Shown: positions 44,121 through 56,920 of the stretch, in pieces
Position numbering within the stretch: the first letter of the stretch is position 1
How the letters are laid out: each line of letters starts with the position of its first letter
Assembly: GCF_032191835.1 (NCBI RefSeq)
Contig: NC_083230.1
Location: 80,910,001-80,974,000, forward strand
DNA: 64,000 nt
From: Heteronotia binoei
Taxonomy: Eukaryota
Reading direction: 5' to 3'
Position numbers and translations under genes: made by a program
Notes under the pieces: generated by a model
Database searches by the model: none
Told to the model about the DNA's origin: nothing
The model's input: only the letters and a program-made list of their open reading frames with translations

Positions 44121-47100
44121 TATATGTGTTGCTTACCAGCAACAATCAGGTTGGCTTGACCACATCACAATACACAGGTGGGTGGAGTTAAATGAAGACT
44201 TGCAGAGACTTCTAGTTGTATGGGCTGCATACAGTGCTACTAAAGGTTGTACACAAGAGTAATAAGTAGCAAAGGAACAAGCATGGGATGACTATCTCAT
44301 TCCAAGAATATGAATAAGCAGCCAACTAGTATTTTGTGAGATTTATCTCTTAATAATGATACATCTCCAGTAATGCAGATGACAGGCCTTCACAAATCCT
44401 TTCTTGTCAAAAGTCTTGTCCATGGTATATCGATACATAACACAGGTTTCCTCCCCCCAGTGCCTCTGCAAATTGCATAGAACTTGTAGAATAGGGGTGT
44501 CAAACTCATTTGTTTAGAAGGCTGGATTTGACATAAATGAGACCTTGTCGGACCAGGTCATGTGTGTCATAAAATGTAATGCCAGGTAGTGGAGACAAAA
44601 ACTTTATAGAAGACACAGACAAATGCAAGTAAAGATGTTTCAAAACAAGCTTAAAACATTAGCACATTGTAATATTTTGTTTAGTTTAGTCTCTGATACC
44701 TCTTGCTCTGAATTATTGCATCAAAATCTGGAAACCATGTCTGTGCTGTAGCAGTCTTGAGTATGCTGTTCAGGTATGTCTATAAGTTGCAAACTTTTGA
44801 TTTATTGACATTCATTACAGAAATCTCTCGGTCAATACTTTGAGCCTAAGGCCCAGAGGGAAACATGAAATGGCTGGGCATTGAGAGCTTTTGTACGTAA
44901 GTTGCTTCTTGTGCTGGTCAAGAACATTTGAAGGCACCATGACACAGACTGAGGGCTATATGTTTTGTCTACAAAGCTGTAGTCTTCCCCAGAAAAATAA
45001 CCGCAACTCCTATGAGAGTGCAAGAATATAGAGACAGCAATGTGTAGAGCCAGTATCAGCTAATAGAAGCTGTCTTTTTTTGGTAAGTGACATGAATATT
45101 GTGCTTCTTTGAAGAAGCATTGGAAGGAAATGATGTCATATGTTGATGTACCTGTCAAAGACAGTATCAAGTCCATGTTTATTGTTACTGAGTTTGGAAT
45201 ACTACAGTTTGTACCAACAGAAGACAATTCATAAAAAATTTGAAAGAATGTTATTGGAAAATAACAAGGACTGGCACAAACACTTTAAATTTGCTCTAAG
45301 GAGTAGGTGAGAAGATGACAGCACTTTAATATTTTCCAGCAGTGATACGAAATTGTGAATTTTTCTGTATGGATTATATGAATTTTTGAATGATTTCTGT
45401 GTGCAGTGGAAGTTCTGGATTTTACTAGTATAATAAATCTTTGAAATTTGTATGTATTGCAATTCATTATTATTTCTTCCTTTTTTTACATTTGATTTCT
45501 TATATGGGAAGCATAGGTTAAAATCTCCAGTCTGCAAAGGAAATGTGCTGGGTGAACTTGGTCTGGACACACATACTCAGCCTAATCCACCTCACTGGTT
45601 TGTTATTCCTCATCTAAATTGCTTTCGTACTGAGAAAGACTGGATCATGAAGGCATGAATACAGAGAAAAGGGGGAGGCAAACCCCGTTTGCACCCAGGA
45701 TAGCCCTGGCATAAAAAACCAACAAAACACAGAGACATATTCATTCTCTCTCTCCCTTCCTCTCCCCCCCCCCCCATAGAAAAGCAAAAAGCTCATACCT
45801 TGAGTAAAAATTGAGTAAAAAATTAGGGAACTGAGCAAAGTAAGTTCCAGCTCTTTCTCTCCTTCCCCAGGAGATGAGAGGGAGGAACATCAACCAATAG
45901 AAGGAAAAGAGGCTTGGCTCACTAGCTCTGCTGTGAGACTGAGAGAGCCTGGTAGAGCAAGCTCCCTCCCCACTTTCCTCCCAAGGGAGGAGCCTCAGCT
46001 AATGGAGAAGTTAGAATCTTTGCTCTGTAACTCCTGTGTGATTAAGAAAGCCTGGCAAAGCAAAGTGAGACACAGAAGGAAGCAAGAGATGGATAAGGAA
46101 GCAGATGACAGTGAGTTGCTCACAGACCTGATAGAAGCCCTCCGGGGGCCTGATTTGGCCTGCGGGTTGCATGTTTGACACACCAGTATGTATAGGTCAA
46201 ATTACTGAGGAGCAGGCAGAAGTTCTTTTTTATTTTTTTGAAAGCTTACCAGGATCTAAGGTCTTTTAACATCTTATTCACAGAGTAAGGAGGGGTAGAC
46301 TTTTTATACCATGCTGCTTTTGGGGCAAGGCAGAAACATCTTCACTGTTTCTGCCTGTTCTGGAGTGCTGTGTGTAATATAAGGCAACAGTTCCCAAGAC
46401 CTCAAATGCTCTTGGAGAACTTGGGAGGAGGGTTTGAAGACAAATTACTACTATTGAGCACAGAGAAAGGTTGGAGTCTCCTGCAGATGAAGAGGTTTTT
46501 GTTTCCACCTTGTTATTCTCCTATACTCTGTTTTTTGTTCAGATCACATAAATCTTTTGCCTTTTACAGCTTGTTATGTTCCTCATTGTAAACTGTTCTC
46601 TCAAATCTGACATTACGCCTTTTTTGGGGTAAATATTCCTTTATTTATGTGGCTAGAAGCTTTACAAACTTTTAAAAAATTACAAAAAAAGAGATCATTA
46701 ATCACATTAGTTACAAAGAGAAAATCCTGAAATCTATACAATACAAGTATACACAATACAAAATAACCAATTCTCTATTAGAACATTCCATAAAAACAAG
46801 AAAAAAGGGTTCTTCTGTTCATAGTAAGAAGAAGAGCAAGGACATGGTAGGCACCTTGCAGGGACAGGAAAGTTAAATTGCAACAGGTGATGAAGAGAGG
46901 GCAGAACTGCTCAGTTGCATTTTTTCCTCAGTCTTCTCTTGTGAAGGAAGCAGTGTTCAGCATGGCAAAAACAGACTAACATCATGAGGGAAGGGAGTTG
47001 CAGCGTAGGATTGGCATAAAGGTAGTATATAAACATCTAGTTTCTTTAAATGAAACAATTGCTGAGCCTCTGGCCATTGTTTTTGAGAATTCTTGGAGAA

Positions 47101-47902
47101 CAGGTGAGGTGCTAGAAGCTTGGAGGTGGGCAAATGTTGTCCCCATTTTCAAGAAGGGGAAAAAGGAGCTTCTGGGTAACCACCAACCTGTCAGCTTGAT
47201 AGCTATACCTGGAAAATTTTTAGAACAAATCATCAAACAGTCCTTGAGCATTTAGAAAGAATGGCTGTTATCACTAAGAGCCAGCACGGATTTCTCAAGA
47301 ACAAGTCATGTCAAACTAACTTGATCTCTTCTGAGAAAGTTACTACTTTGGTGGATCAGGAGAATGCTGTAAACGTAGTTTATCTTGATTTCTGTAAGGG
47401 TTTTGATAAGGTTTCATATACTGTTCTTGTTGACAAGTTGGTAAAATATGTTTTTGATCTTGTTACTGTTAGGTGGATCTATAACTAGTTAATGGTTCCT
47501 CATCCTCTTGGAGAGGAAGGACAAGTGGAGTGCCTGAAGGATCTGTCTTGGGTCCTGTTTTGTTCAGCTTGATTATAAATTATTTGGATGAAGGAATAGA
47601 GGGAATTCTTTTTAAATTTGCAGATGATACTAAATTGGGAAGGATAACAAAATTAATTTTAATGATAAATGTAAAGTTCTTCATTTGGTAGAAAAATCCA
47701 GTGCATAATTATAGGATGAGGGAGACCTGTCTTGACAGTAGTATGTTAGAAAAGTATCTAGGAGTCTTAGTGGACCATACACTGAACATAAGTCAGCAGT
47801 GTGATGTGGTGGCTACAAAGGCAAATTCAGTTTTGGGCTGTATCAACAGAAGTATAGTGTTCAGATCACGTGAAGTGATGGTATTGTTTTACTGTGTTCT
47901 CA

Positions 47903-48825
47903 TTAGAATCATAGAATCTTCATAGAGTTGGAAGGTACCTCCGGGGTCATCTAATCCAACCCCTTGCACAATGCAGGAATTTCACAAATACCTCCCCCCC
48001 CCCACATATATCACCGGTGATCCCTGCTTTGTGCCCCAAAGACAGCAAAAACCTCCAGGTTCCCTTGTCAATCTGGCCTGGAGAAAAATTGCTGACTGAC
48101 TCCAAAATTTAATAAGCATCCTCTCTGGTTCTTCATGCAAATCATTTATAAAGATGTTGAACCAATCAGGTCCCAGGCAGTGTTCTCTCTAAGCTGAATT
48201 AGTGTGAGCTAGGTCACAGATTTTTAGGCTCCATCTAACAGATTTTTGACTTAGCTCAGGAAGGATGACCCCAGAGCACAATAATTTATGCAGTAGCTGA
48301 CAACTTTAGTGCCAGTAGCTCACGAAGTAGAATTTTTGCTCACAAGACCGCAGCTTAGAGGGAACATTGATCCCAGGACAGATCCTTGAGGTGCTCCACT
48401 TGTCCTTCCTCTCCAAGAGGATGAGGAACCATTCACAAGCACTCTTTGGGTGTGATCTGTCAGCCAGTTACAGATCCACCTAACTAAACCACATTTTACC
48501 AACTTGTCAGCAAGAATATTATGTGGAACCTTATCAAAAGCCTTACTGAAATCTACATTCCCCTCATCCATCAAGGTAGTAACTTCCTCAAAAAAGAAGA
48601 TAACATTAGTCTGACATGACTTGTTCTTGAGAAACCCATGCTGGCTCTTAGTAATCACAGCCATCTTTTCTAAATGTTCCAGGATTGATTGACTGATGAT
48701 TTGTTCTAAAATTTTTCCAGGTATAGGCGTCAAGCTGACGGGTTGGTAGTCACCTGGATCCTCCTTTCCCCGCTTCTTGAAAACGGGCACAACATTTGCC
48801 TGCCTCCAATCTTCTGACACTTCAC
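47903..48825 (-). mobile_element. Nested minus-strand CR1, 5'-truncated and internally deleted
   Basis: [27 protein letters not shown], then a jump to the 3' UTR and the (ATTCTATG)n tail. Confidence 0.85.
48178..48369. mobile_element. hAT MITE nested in the minus-strand CR1
   Basis: TIRs cagtgttctctctaagctg / cagcttagagggaacattg; 8-bp TSD gtcccagg / atcccagg. Confidence 0.88.
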
Positions 48826-49582
48826 CTAGAGTATTGTGTTCAGTTTTGGGCACCACAATTTAAGAAGAATATAGACAAGCTGGAACGTGTCCAGAGGAGA
48901 GCAATGGAAATTTTTAGGGGTCTGGAGAACAAATCCTATGAAGAAAGGTTGAATGACCTGGGTATGTTTAGCCTGGAGAGGAGATGACTGAGAGGTGATA
49001 TGATCACCATCTTTGAGTACTTGAAAGGCTGTCATATAGAAGATGGTGTAGAGTTGTTTTCTGTTGTCCCAGAAGGTTGAACCAGAATTTAAATCAAATG
49101 AGTTTTTGACTAAATATTAGGGAGAACGTCCTGACAGAGCAGTTCCTTAGTGGAGCAGGCTTTTTCAGGAGGTGCTGGGCTTGCCTTCCTTGGAGGTTTT
49201 AAGCAGAGGCTAGATGGCCATCTGACAGGAATGCTGATTCTGTGAACTTAGGCAGAACGTGAGAGAGAGCAGGAAGGGTTGTATCAGTGCTTAGTTCTCA
49301 TGGCCCTTTATTAAATGCCCAATGAAATCCTGATCACCACTTTGGCATCAGGAAGCAATTTTTTCCATGCCATTTTGGCCAAATATCCTGGAGGGGTTTT
49401 TTGTTTTTTATTTTTTGCTATCTTCTGGGCAGGGAGTAGGGGTTACTGCAGGAGAGTATTTGTGTATTTCCTGCGTTGTGCAGGAAGTTGGACTTGATGA
49501 ACCTTGGAGGTCCCGTCCAACTCTATTATTCTAAGTCAGACTTTCCTAGCTGAGCAGTTGCATATATTTAGCTTCTTCTATC

Positions 49583-49800
49583 AGTGAAAGCTGGTTCAGG
49601 TAGCCAGCTCGAGGTTGACTCAGCCTTCCATCCTTCCGAGATCGGTAAAATGAGTACCCAGCTTGCTGGGGAGGGAAAGTGTAGATGACTGGGGAAAGGC
49701 AATGGCAAACCACCCCTTAAAAAGTCTGCCATGAAAACGTTGTGAAAGCAACGTTACCCCAGAGTCAGAAACGACTGGTGCTTGCAACTACCTTTACCTT
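49583..49800 (+). mobile_element. 5'-truncated tRNA/BovB-tail SINE
   Basis: Family core and cctttacctt tail. Confidence 0.85.
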
Positions 49801-49809
49801 TTTATCAAC

Positions 49810-51320
49810 TACAGTAGAACAAGTAGATATATCTTGATCTAGCTTCTTAGACTCTTTTTTGCCTATTTCTGTACCACTATCTAATAAAGTCAAAAATTCA
49901 ATGAATAGTTCCTGGGGGCCCCTTTTTCCTGTGCAGCTTCTCTTACACACTGTTACCTTATTTATAAAAGCTACATACCATACCTTGCACATCCGCTCAA
50001 CTATAGTGGTAGTTTTGGCTGTTTCCAGAACCTTGGCAGTTCCCTTGCTGCAACCAACAAGTTTTAACTAGATTTTTTCCCTTTTCTGAAAGATTATCCA
50101 GTAAAATATTTAGCAAGACTTTAGGGTCATGTGGCAGTTCGCAATTTAGGATATCAATTTCCCTCAGTATGTTGTTCCATAATTTTTGAGTCAGTGGACA
50201 TTGCCACCATATATAGAAAAGGGTCCCACTCCCAACCTTCCTATTGCATCACCTGCATACTTACCTCCTGATATCATAGTAAACCCATCAGGAAGGAGAT
50301 AACTACCTATACATTGTAATGATATCTTCTCTGATTCCTGTATTAACTGATATCCTAATTCCATCTTTATGCAGTTCTTGCCAGAGTCTTTCAGGAGTAT
50401 TAGTTTGTAAATGTTTTCCCTGTGTGTTCTTATAAATTGTATTCTTAATTTCTGAGTCTGCGAGTATCCCATAGACAGGGCTTTCTTTGTAGCAGGATTA
50501 GGCCACACACCCCTGATGTAGCCAATCTACAAGAGTTTACAGGGTCCTTAATAAAGGGCCTACTGTAAGCTCCAGGAGGACTGGCTACATCAGGAGTGTG
50601 TGGCCTAATATGCAAAGGAATTCCTACTACAAAAAAGCCCGCCCATAGATAGTTGCTACCCAATTGTCTATGTGGTTCAGCTTGGCCTAAAATACATTTA
50701 AATTTAAAGGCCAATAAATGTTATAATGTCCTAGTCTGGATTGCATAGAACTTCTTAGTGAGAAAAAGTTTTATTAAAAGAGATTGCACATAACAAAGAA
50801 GAAAGACATGAAACAAAAATACACTATGAACACAAATATCATCATACAAACCATACAACATACAAACATACAAACTACCTACTATACACTCCAACACACT
50901 GGGTATTAATTTTATGCATAGAACTTCTTATGAAGATATTGACAGAAAGGTAATGAGACCATCAGCCTCTTGTTGTTCACAAGATTTAATGGTTTGATTT
51001 TTATGAAGTCAGAAATTTTAGTCATTTTCAAGCTTTCCTATATTCTGAAGTCCTCTGTTTGAAGTGCTTCTGCAAATACTTAGGCTGGAATATTGGCATG
51101 CAAGGGAACAATCCAAACCTAATATAATTCTGTACCAATCCCATATCTTCGCTAATGCCCTATGAATATGCATAGCGCCTTGGTCTGCCCTGTATTTATT
51201 ATGTTTCCAAATCCAATTATTCAGTGCATAGGCAAGACCAACATATCTGACATTACATCTTGGTGACATTTCTTTTGTGCTGATTTCTTTCTGGGGCATT
51301 TTTGCAACCTGATTTCTCCA
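49810..51320 (-). mobile_element. L1-clade LINE ORF2 3' region, degenerate
   Basis: Decayed C-terminal motifs (QKLWNNILREI, RFWKQPKLP..VE.MCKVWYVA); interrupted by a MITE. Confidence 0.6.
50476..50641. mobile_element. CAGGGCTTT-family hAT MITE
   Basis: Perfect 8-bp TSD cccataga (50468-50475, 50642-50649). Confidence 0.85.
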
Positions 51321-51704
51321 GTAAAGCCTGATAATAATTCAGGGAATATAGCTGGTGTTGAAAGAACACCTCTTTACTACATGTATCAGCACAGTCACTT
51401 CAGACTTTTTGAGGGTGGTGGTGTAGCAAGTATGTTTCAGTAATATTTGCTGCAACTTGAAAAGTTGCTTCTCTCATTTTGAATGTTCAGTGGGTGATCA
51501 AGATCATAACTTGTTTTACATGTATTCTGTTGGGCTGTTAAGATTCTGCAAAGATCTGTGTCTTAGAAGACTTAGTTATGTAAACTTGGCCAGCTGTCAT
51601 TCATAAGACACAAATAGTGAAAGCTAAACTGCTTTCTAAACTGCTTTTTTTGTAGTAACTGCTAAACTGAGTGAAACCATTTTTTAAAAATAGTTTCAGA
51701 GGAT

Positions 51705-53080
51705 AGCCAGGTTGGTCTGCAGTAGTTAGATTGGAGTCCAGCAGCACCTTAAGAGACTGACAAGAGTTTCAAGGTGAAAGGCTTTCAAGAGTCATAGAAT
51801 CGTAGAGTTGGAAGGGATCCACAAGGTCATCTAGTCCAACCCCTTGCACAATGCAGGAAATTCACAGATACCTCACTCTAAATTCAGATGATCAGCATTG
51901 CTGTCAGATGGCCATCTAGCCTCTGTTTTAAAACCTCCAAGTAAGGAGAGGTTTGTAAAAAACTCTTCATCACACAGTGGACTAGAAGTGGAGATCTGAG
52001 TCCTTTTATCCTAGTCAGAAGGTGGGAGGGGTGTTGTAAAGAACTCTTGTAAAGGATGAAAGGTGTTCTATGAATTGTTTTGTGCAGGGACTGACCTATT
52101 TGTCTGATGTAAAGAGGTAAAGGGAATTGTTGATATTTAATGGCGTATATAATATTGGAAAATGAACAAGTGAATGAATTTGAGGTGCTATGAGAGGTGT
52201 TGTTAGGTCCAGTTATTGTGTTGTCAGAGTGGATATGGAGGCAGAGCTGGCATCTTGGTTTGTTGCAGGCGCTAGTTCCTGTGTCTGTGGTTGGGAAAGG
52301 GTATTGCTCTGTGTGAGAAGTTGTTTAAGGCTAGGAGGCTGTCTGTGGGCAAGAAAAGGTTTACTTCCCAATGCCCTGTGTCATTGTTTAGCATAGGTTG
52401 CAGGTCATTAATTATGCTTTGAACCAATTTGAACTGAGAGCTGTCTGTGACCATCCAGTGGTGTTCTGTTGCTGTTTCATTTGGGCCTGTCTTGTAGAAG
52501 GTTATCCCTCGGAATCATTCTGGCTTTGTTGATATGTTTCCTTATTAGGTGGATACTGTCATTACAAGAATGTGGGTATTGAAAGAATATCTGTTGTAGA
52601 TGCTGTTTGCAGTTAAAGGAGCAAGAATTGAGGATATAAATTAAAAACTGTTAACAAAAATGGTGAAGAACATTTTTTTGAGTGCTCCAGGTCATTCCAT
52701 CGCTGACCTAAAAGTGGTAGTCCTCAAAACAAAGACATTTCAAAGGGAAATTACAGTGTGAGACTGCTGAACTCTAGTTAATTCACAAGTTCAGAACAAT
52801 GGAGCCACCCACCCCCAGGGCTGAATAGGGACAAATAATTTTTATCTTACACAGATGCTAGTTTTCTGCCCCTGAGCATTTCCCGTCTGCTCTAATCAAG
52901 CTGATTACAATATGCATTGTATCTTGCATCTTTTACAAGCATTCTTTACAAGTCTCCTCCCACTTTCTGATTTTCAGATCTTCGCTTCTATTCTACTGTA
53001 TCTGAAAAGTGAACTTTGATTCTCAAAAGCTTACACCCTGAAACTCTTGTTGCTCTCTAAGGTACTACTGAATTAAAAAC
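51705..53080. mobile_element. Penelope-like element: minus arm about 51705-52620 and plus arm about 52680-53080, with a CR1 3' end inserted at about 51790-51950
   Basis: GIY-YIG region GTSACNKPRCQLC..IIYAI..YIRQIGQSL (minus) and PGHSIADLKVVVL..FKGKLQ.ETAEL (plus); terminal repeats face outward. Confidence 0.75.
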
Positions 53081-53666
53081 TAATTTTCTTATAATTTTCC
53101 ATTTTTAAAAAAACCCCACTTCAGTCTGAAGCTTGTTCTCTGAGCAGAACCATATTCCCTGTGACTTCATCCTGTTCAAAGCAAGTATTGTGTGTTTGTG
53201 GGGGGGTGAGCCTTGAGAACATAATTCATGGTTCATGTATTGGCATTTTAAAATGGTTGCTTCTACATAGGAGCACTTACTTCCTATTTGAAGCTGCACA
53301 ACCACTGAGATGAACTGAGTGCCTTCTTGACTGTACCTTCCATGTGCCAAGTTCATACAAGGACATGGAGATTAATATTTTCAGTGAATACTGTGCAGTT
53401 GTGGAACCCAAGTTCACTCATTTGGCAGGCCTTCTTGCAGACATCTTGTTCACTACAAATAGATCTAACCCCAAGTACTTCACTGTAAAGAATATTGCAG
53501 TGGGAACGTAGCTCAGTCAGGTTACTTATTTTGCACGTCTTCTTTGGGAGAGGAAAACAACAATATATTCCATATTCCTTAAAAAATAGAACATCAGTAT
53601 TGAAAGCAGTCTTGTATAGCCCCTCAAACACCTGTTTTGGTCCCATTAGAAGCCGCTGTGGATCAG

Positions 53667-53890
53667 CCTTGACCTGGATAGTCCAGGCAAGCCTGATCTC
53701 ATCAGATCTCGGAAGCTGAGCCAGGGTCAACTCTGGCATATACTTGGATAGGAGATCTCCTTGAAATACCAGAGACCAGAAGCAGGAGCAAGTTTCATCC
53801 AGCCATCTCTCTGAATATCCTCCATGTCCCCAGCAGGGCTCAGTCACCAGAGGTCACCATGACTTCCAGGTGAACACTCAAACACACATG
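53667..53890 (+). mobile_element. 5S rRNA-derived SINE
   Basis: gcctgatctcatcagatctcggaagctgagccagggtc..tacttggataggagatc. Confidence 0.8.
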
Positions 53891-55186
53891 AAAATACCAA
53901 ATAAAAAAAGAAGCTGCTACGGATGCTGCATTACATGTTTATAATTTATGGGTCTGCTGTTTATGTTTAAAGGAACAAGAATTGAGGAAGTATGGCTCTT
54001 ACAGGTTAGTCTTGACTGGTGTCAAGCAAAATCATCCCCTCCATGCTTTATCTCCGGTTTTATCATAGGTAACACATAACACCAAGCCAAAGCTTGATGG
54101 TGTTGTCAGAACATTTGGAACAGTCTTCTAAAAAACTAGGAAAATAGTGGTTATTGGTTCCACTAAACCAGAGTAGAGAGGTAAAGGCTGGTGGGGGGAA
54201 GGTCAGAAAAAATGGGTTACATTTTGATTCCCCCATTTTTTTTCCTCCAGCAGAGGAACTGGACATCTTAGGGAGTACTGAAAGCAATCTTATGAAACAC
54301 TTGCACTTCTAGAGTAAACTAAATGCAATAGCACAAATGTTTATTTAAAGTTGGGTGACATTAAGATTTTTATGGAATGCATTTGCAGTATCTCCCCCAC
54401 TTTTTCCTGTGGCTTCAAAATTTCTTGAAATTTTACATCTCACATACTGTAACTTTTGAATAAAGCAGAGGTGTCAAACTCATTTGTTACAAGGGTCACA
54501 TTTGACATAAATGTCACTTTGTTGGGCTGGACCGTGTGTGCCATGAAATGTAACATGAGGTACCAGAAATATAAACTTTATAAAGGTGATTTCAGATGCT
54601 GAATGGCAATAGCAGACTTGATTGGATTAGGTGGTAGGCGTGGAGATACCAGCATTGGTAATGAGACAGGAAATCTAATTCTCAGTTCCACCCAGGAGGA
54701 TTCAGTCTGGGAGGATGCAAAGAATAAATGGACAGAAGTCTGACATTAGAAATCACCACATCCAGTTGTTGACCTAAAAGTAACAGTTCTCTTACAAAGG
54801 AATTCCAAAGCAAGACGAGACTTCAGAATTGCAATTGATGATGAAGCTCAAGACAATGCATCCTCCTGGACTGAACTGAGAGCTAGTTTTCCTGTCTCAT
54901 TACCAATGTGTGCTATTATAATTTGGCTTCTGAAATCACTCCACTCCAAGATATGACCATTCCAAGTGTTCTGATTCCTAATAGTCTTTTTGAAAGAAAA
55001 TAAATACAGATAGGAACAGAGAAATCCAATGTTTTTTTTTTCAAAACAACTTTTCAGAATAGGCCAGAATAACTTCCTCAGTGTACATAGTGTTTGTCAG
55101 AAGAATCCACCCACCCACCCTCCCTCCTTCCAAAGAAGGGCGCTTGCACACAAAAGCTTATAGCTGGAATAACCTCCAACTTTGTT

Positions 55187-55385
55187 TTCTCTCTCTCTCT
55201 CTCTCTCTCTTTCCTCCCTTCCTTCCCAAAAGAGGAGCAGCAGCCCTGGAGAAGGAAGCAGAAGTGCGTTCTCTCTCTCTGTGTGAGTGAGACAGAGAGG
55301 CTTCGTATCTCTCCCACATGAAGCAGGAAGCACCCACAGAGCTCTCTCTTTGTGTGTTTGTGTGTGTGAGAAAGAGAGAGAGAGA
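55187..55385. repeat. (CT)n/(GA)n/(GT)n microsatellite-rich tract
   Basis: Direct inspection. Confidence 0.8.
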
Positions 55386-56011
55386 AAGCAAGAAAGGCGG
55401 AGACAGGCAAGAGGCAGGAAGCAAAAAGCCACCAAGGGAACTGGGAAGAAAACAAGCAAAGGTGTGGCTGCACCAGTCCTTGAAAGGAAGCAGGAGAGGA
55501 AGTTGCTTGGGGGATGGATTAGAGCCCTATGCAGGCTGAATGTGTCCCACCGGTCATTTGTTTGACACACTTGGAATAAAGCATTTGTTGGCTTTTGAGT
55601 TTTACACTTCAGTACCAAGTTGGAAAATGTGTCAGCCATTGTTAGATTATAGAAATAGAAGTATGGGTCATTTTCCAATCAGTAATGTAACTTAAAATTG
55701 CCCTTCCTTCTAGATAAATAGGAGATTGGAATGGTAATATAGTTTTGATGTGATGTTTAGGAGCAATGTAGTACAGTCTTGGAATGTAGAAGGCAAACTG
55801 CTGTATTTATAGATATCTGAAGTCTTAAAATTTGTAATTTTTATTACTAATAAGCTCTGTGCTTACATTATTCTTTCAGTACTGTTTCCATTGGATTGGT
55901 TAGTGCATACTTTAACTGTGACAACCAGCTGGAACAAAATGTAACACAAAACCATGGAGATCATGTTTTGTGGAAGAAACTTAAATTTATGACTTCTGTT
56001 TTCTTTTTCAG

Positions 56012-56065
56012 TGGTTGGAACTCCCGGCATGGAACTGAACTGGGCTGAGTTGAGGAAACTGTAAG
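56012..56065 (+). other. Small internal exon (second exon candidate)
   Basis: Acceptor ttctgttttctttttcag|; donors ACT|GTAAGG (56061) or AAG|GTATGC (56066); ATG in good context at 56029. Confidence 0.6.
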
Positions 56066-56920
56066 GTATGCTGAGAATTTCCTTCTATTTCTGTAACAAA
56101 ATTGTTGACGCTTTTTGTAGTTTGTATCTTACTTATGATATGTTCCTTATGCTAGTTATTTTGCTTACATGTGATTGCTAGAGCTGTTTAGCTGTCATTT
56201 GAGGCATGGAGTGAAGCATTTTACTGTGAAACACAGAATAGAATAACTGTTCAGAACCCAGTGATTTTTCAGTAAGTTGCTGCTGTTCATATTTGTCAGA
56301 AAATGTGCTCGCTGAATCTGACTAAAGCTCTGATGGCCGGGTCATCAGAAGACTTATATGCATTTCAAAAGTACCATCATCTTAGAATTTTCTCCCTGAT
56401 CATCTTATTGAGAACTCTGAATCAACTCATCCCTGATTTTTAAAAAACTCTGCTTTAAATCCCTGATTTAAAACTTCCAGAAACATTGAAACTGTAGGAA
56501 AGAGTCAATCTTCTGTTGGAGACAATGACAGCAGTAACACACACAATATTTTCTTATCCAACCAAAACAAATGTTATGTTTTCACAGCATAAAATGCATT
56601 GTTTATAAATCAGCACATATATCTTCACTGTTTAGCACATTTATTAAATGTAAAAGTATGAATATCTTAGTTTTTCACAAGCAAAATTGTAAAATGCACC
56701 TACTACTTGACAGAACTGCAAACTGCTGCATCCTCTGCATTTGAATTTGATTGCTTGCCAGTTGGAAAATAGCAAAAGTGTTGAAAGTAGAAAACAACTT
56801 TTGAAGCAAAAAAAATGCTTCTCCCCCCACCTCATACACACATACAATCAACAGTACTGCCAGTATATTTAGGTGTGGAGTTAAACTTCTAATGTTGAAA
56901 GTACTAAACTCATCAATAGT

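Larger units (their letters stand above)
46795..49533 (+). mobile_element. CR1 LINE (ORF2 RT to 3' end) split by a nested insertion at about 47903-48825
   Basis: RT motifs [35 protein letters not shown]; breaks at ..ctcattaga and resumes at cacctagagtattgtgttcag; tail ctctattattcta. Confidence 0.88.

Noticed and set aside
48330-49533. CR1 with a twin-priming 5' inversion
   Set aside because: The plus half continues the upstream CR1 exactly, and the minus half has its own 3' tail at 47903, so this is a nested insertion.
55078-55678. ORFs of up to 193 aa
   Set aside because: They are open because of GA/CT microsatellite content inside a DNA-transposon remnant.
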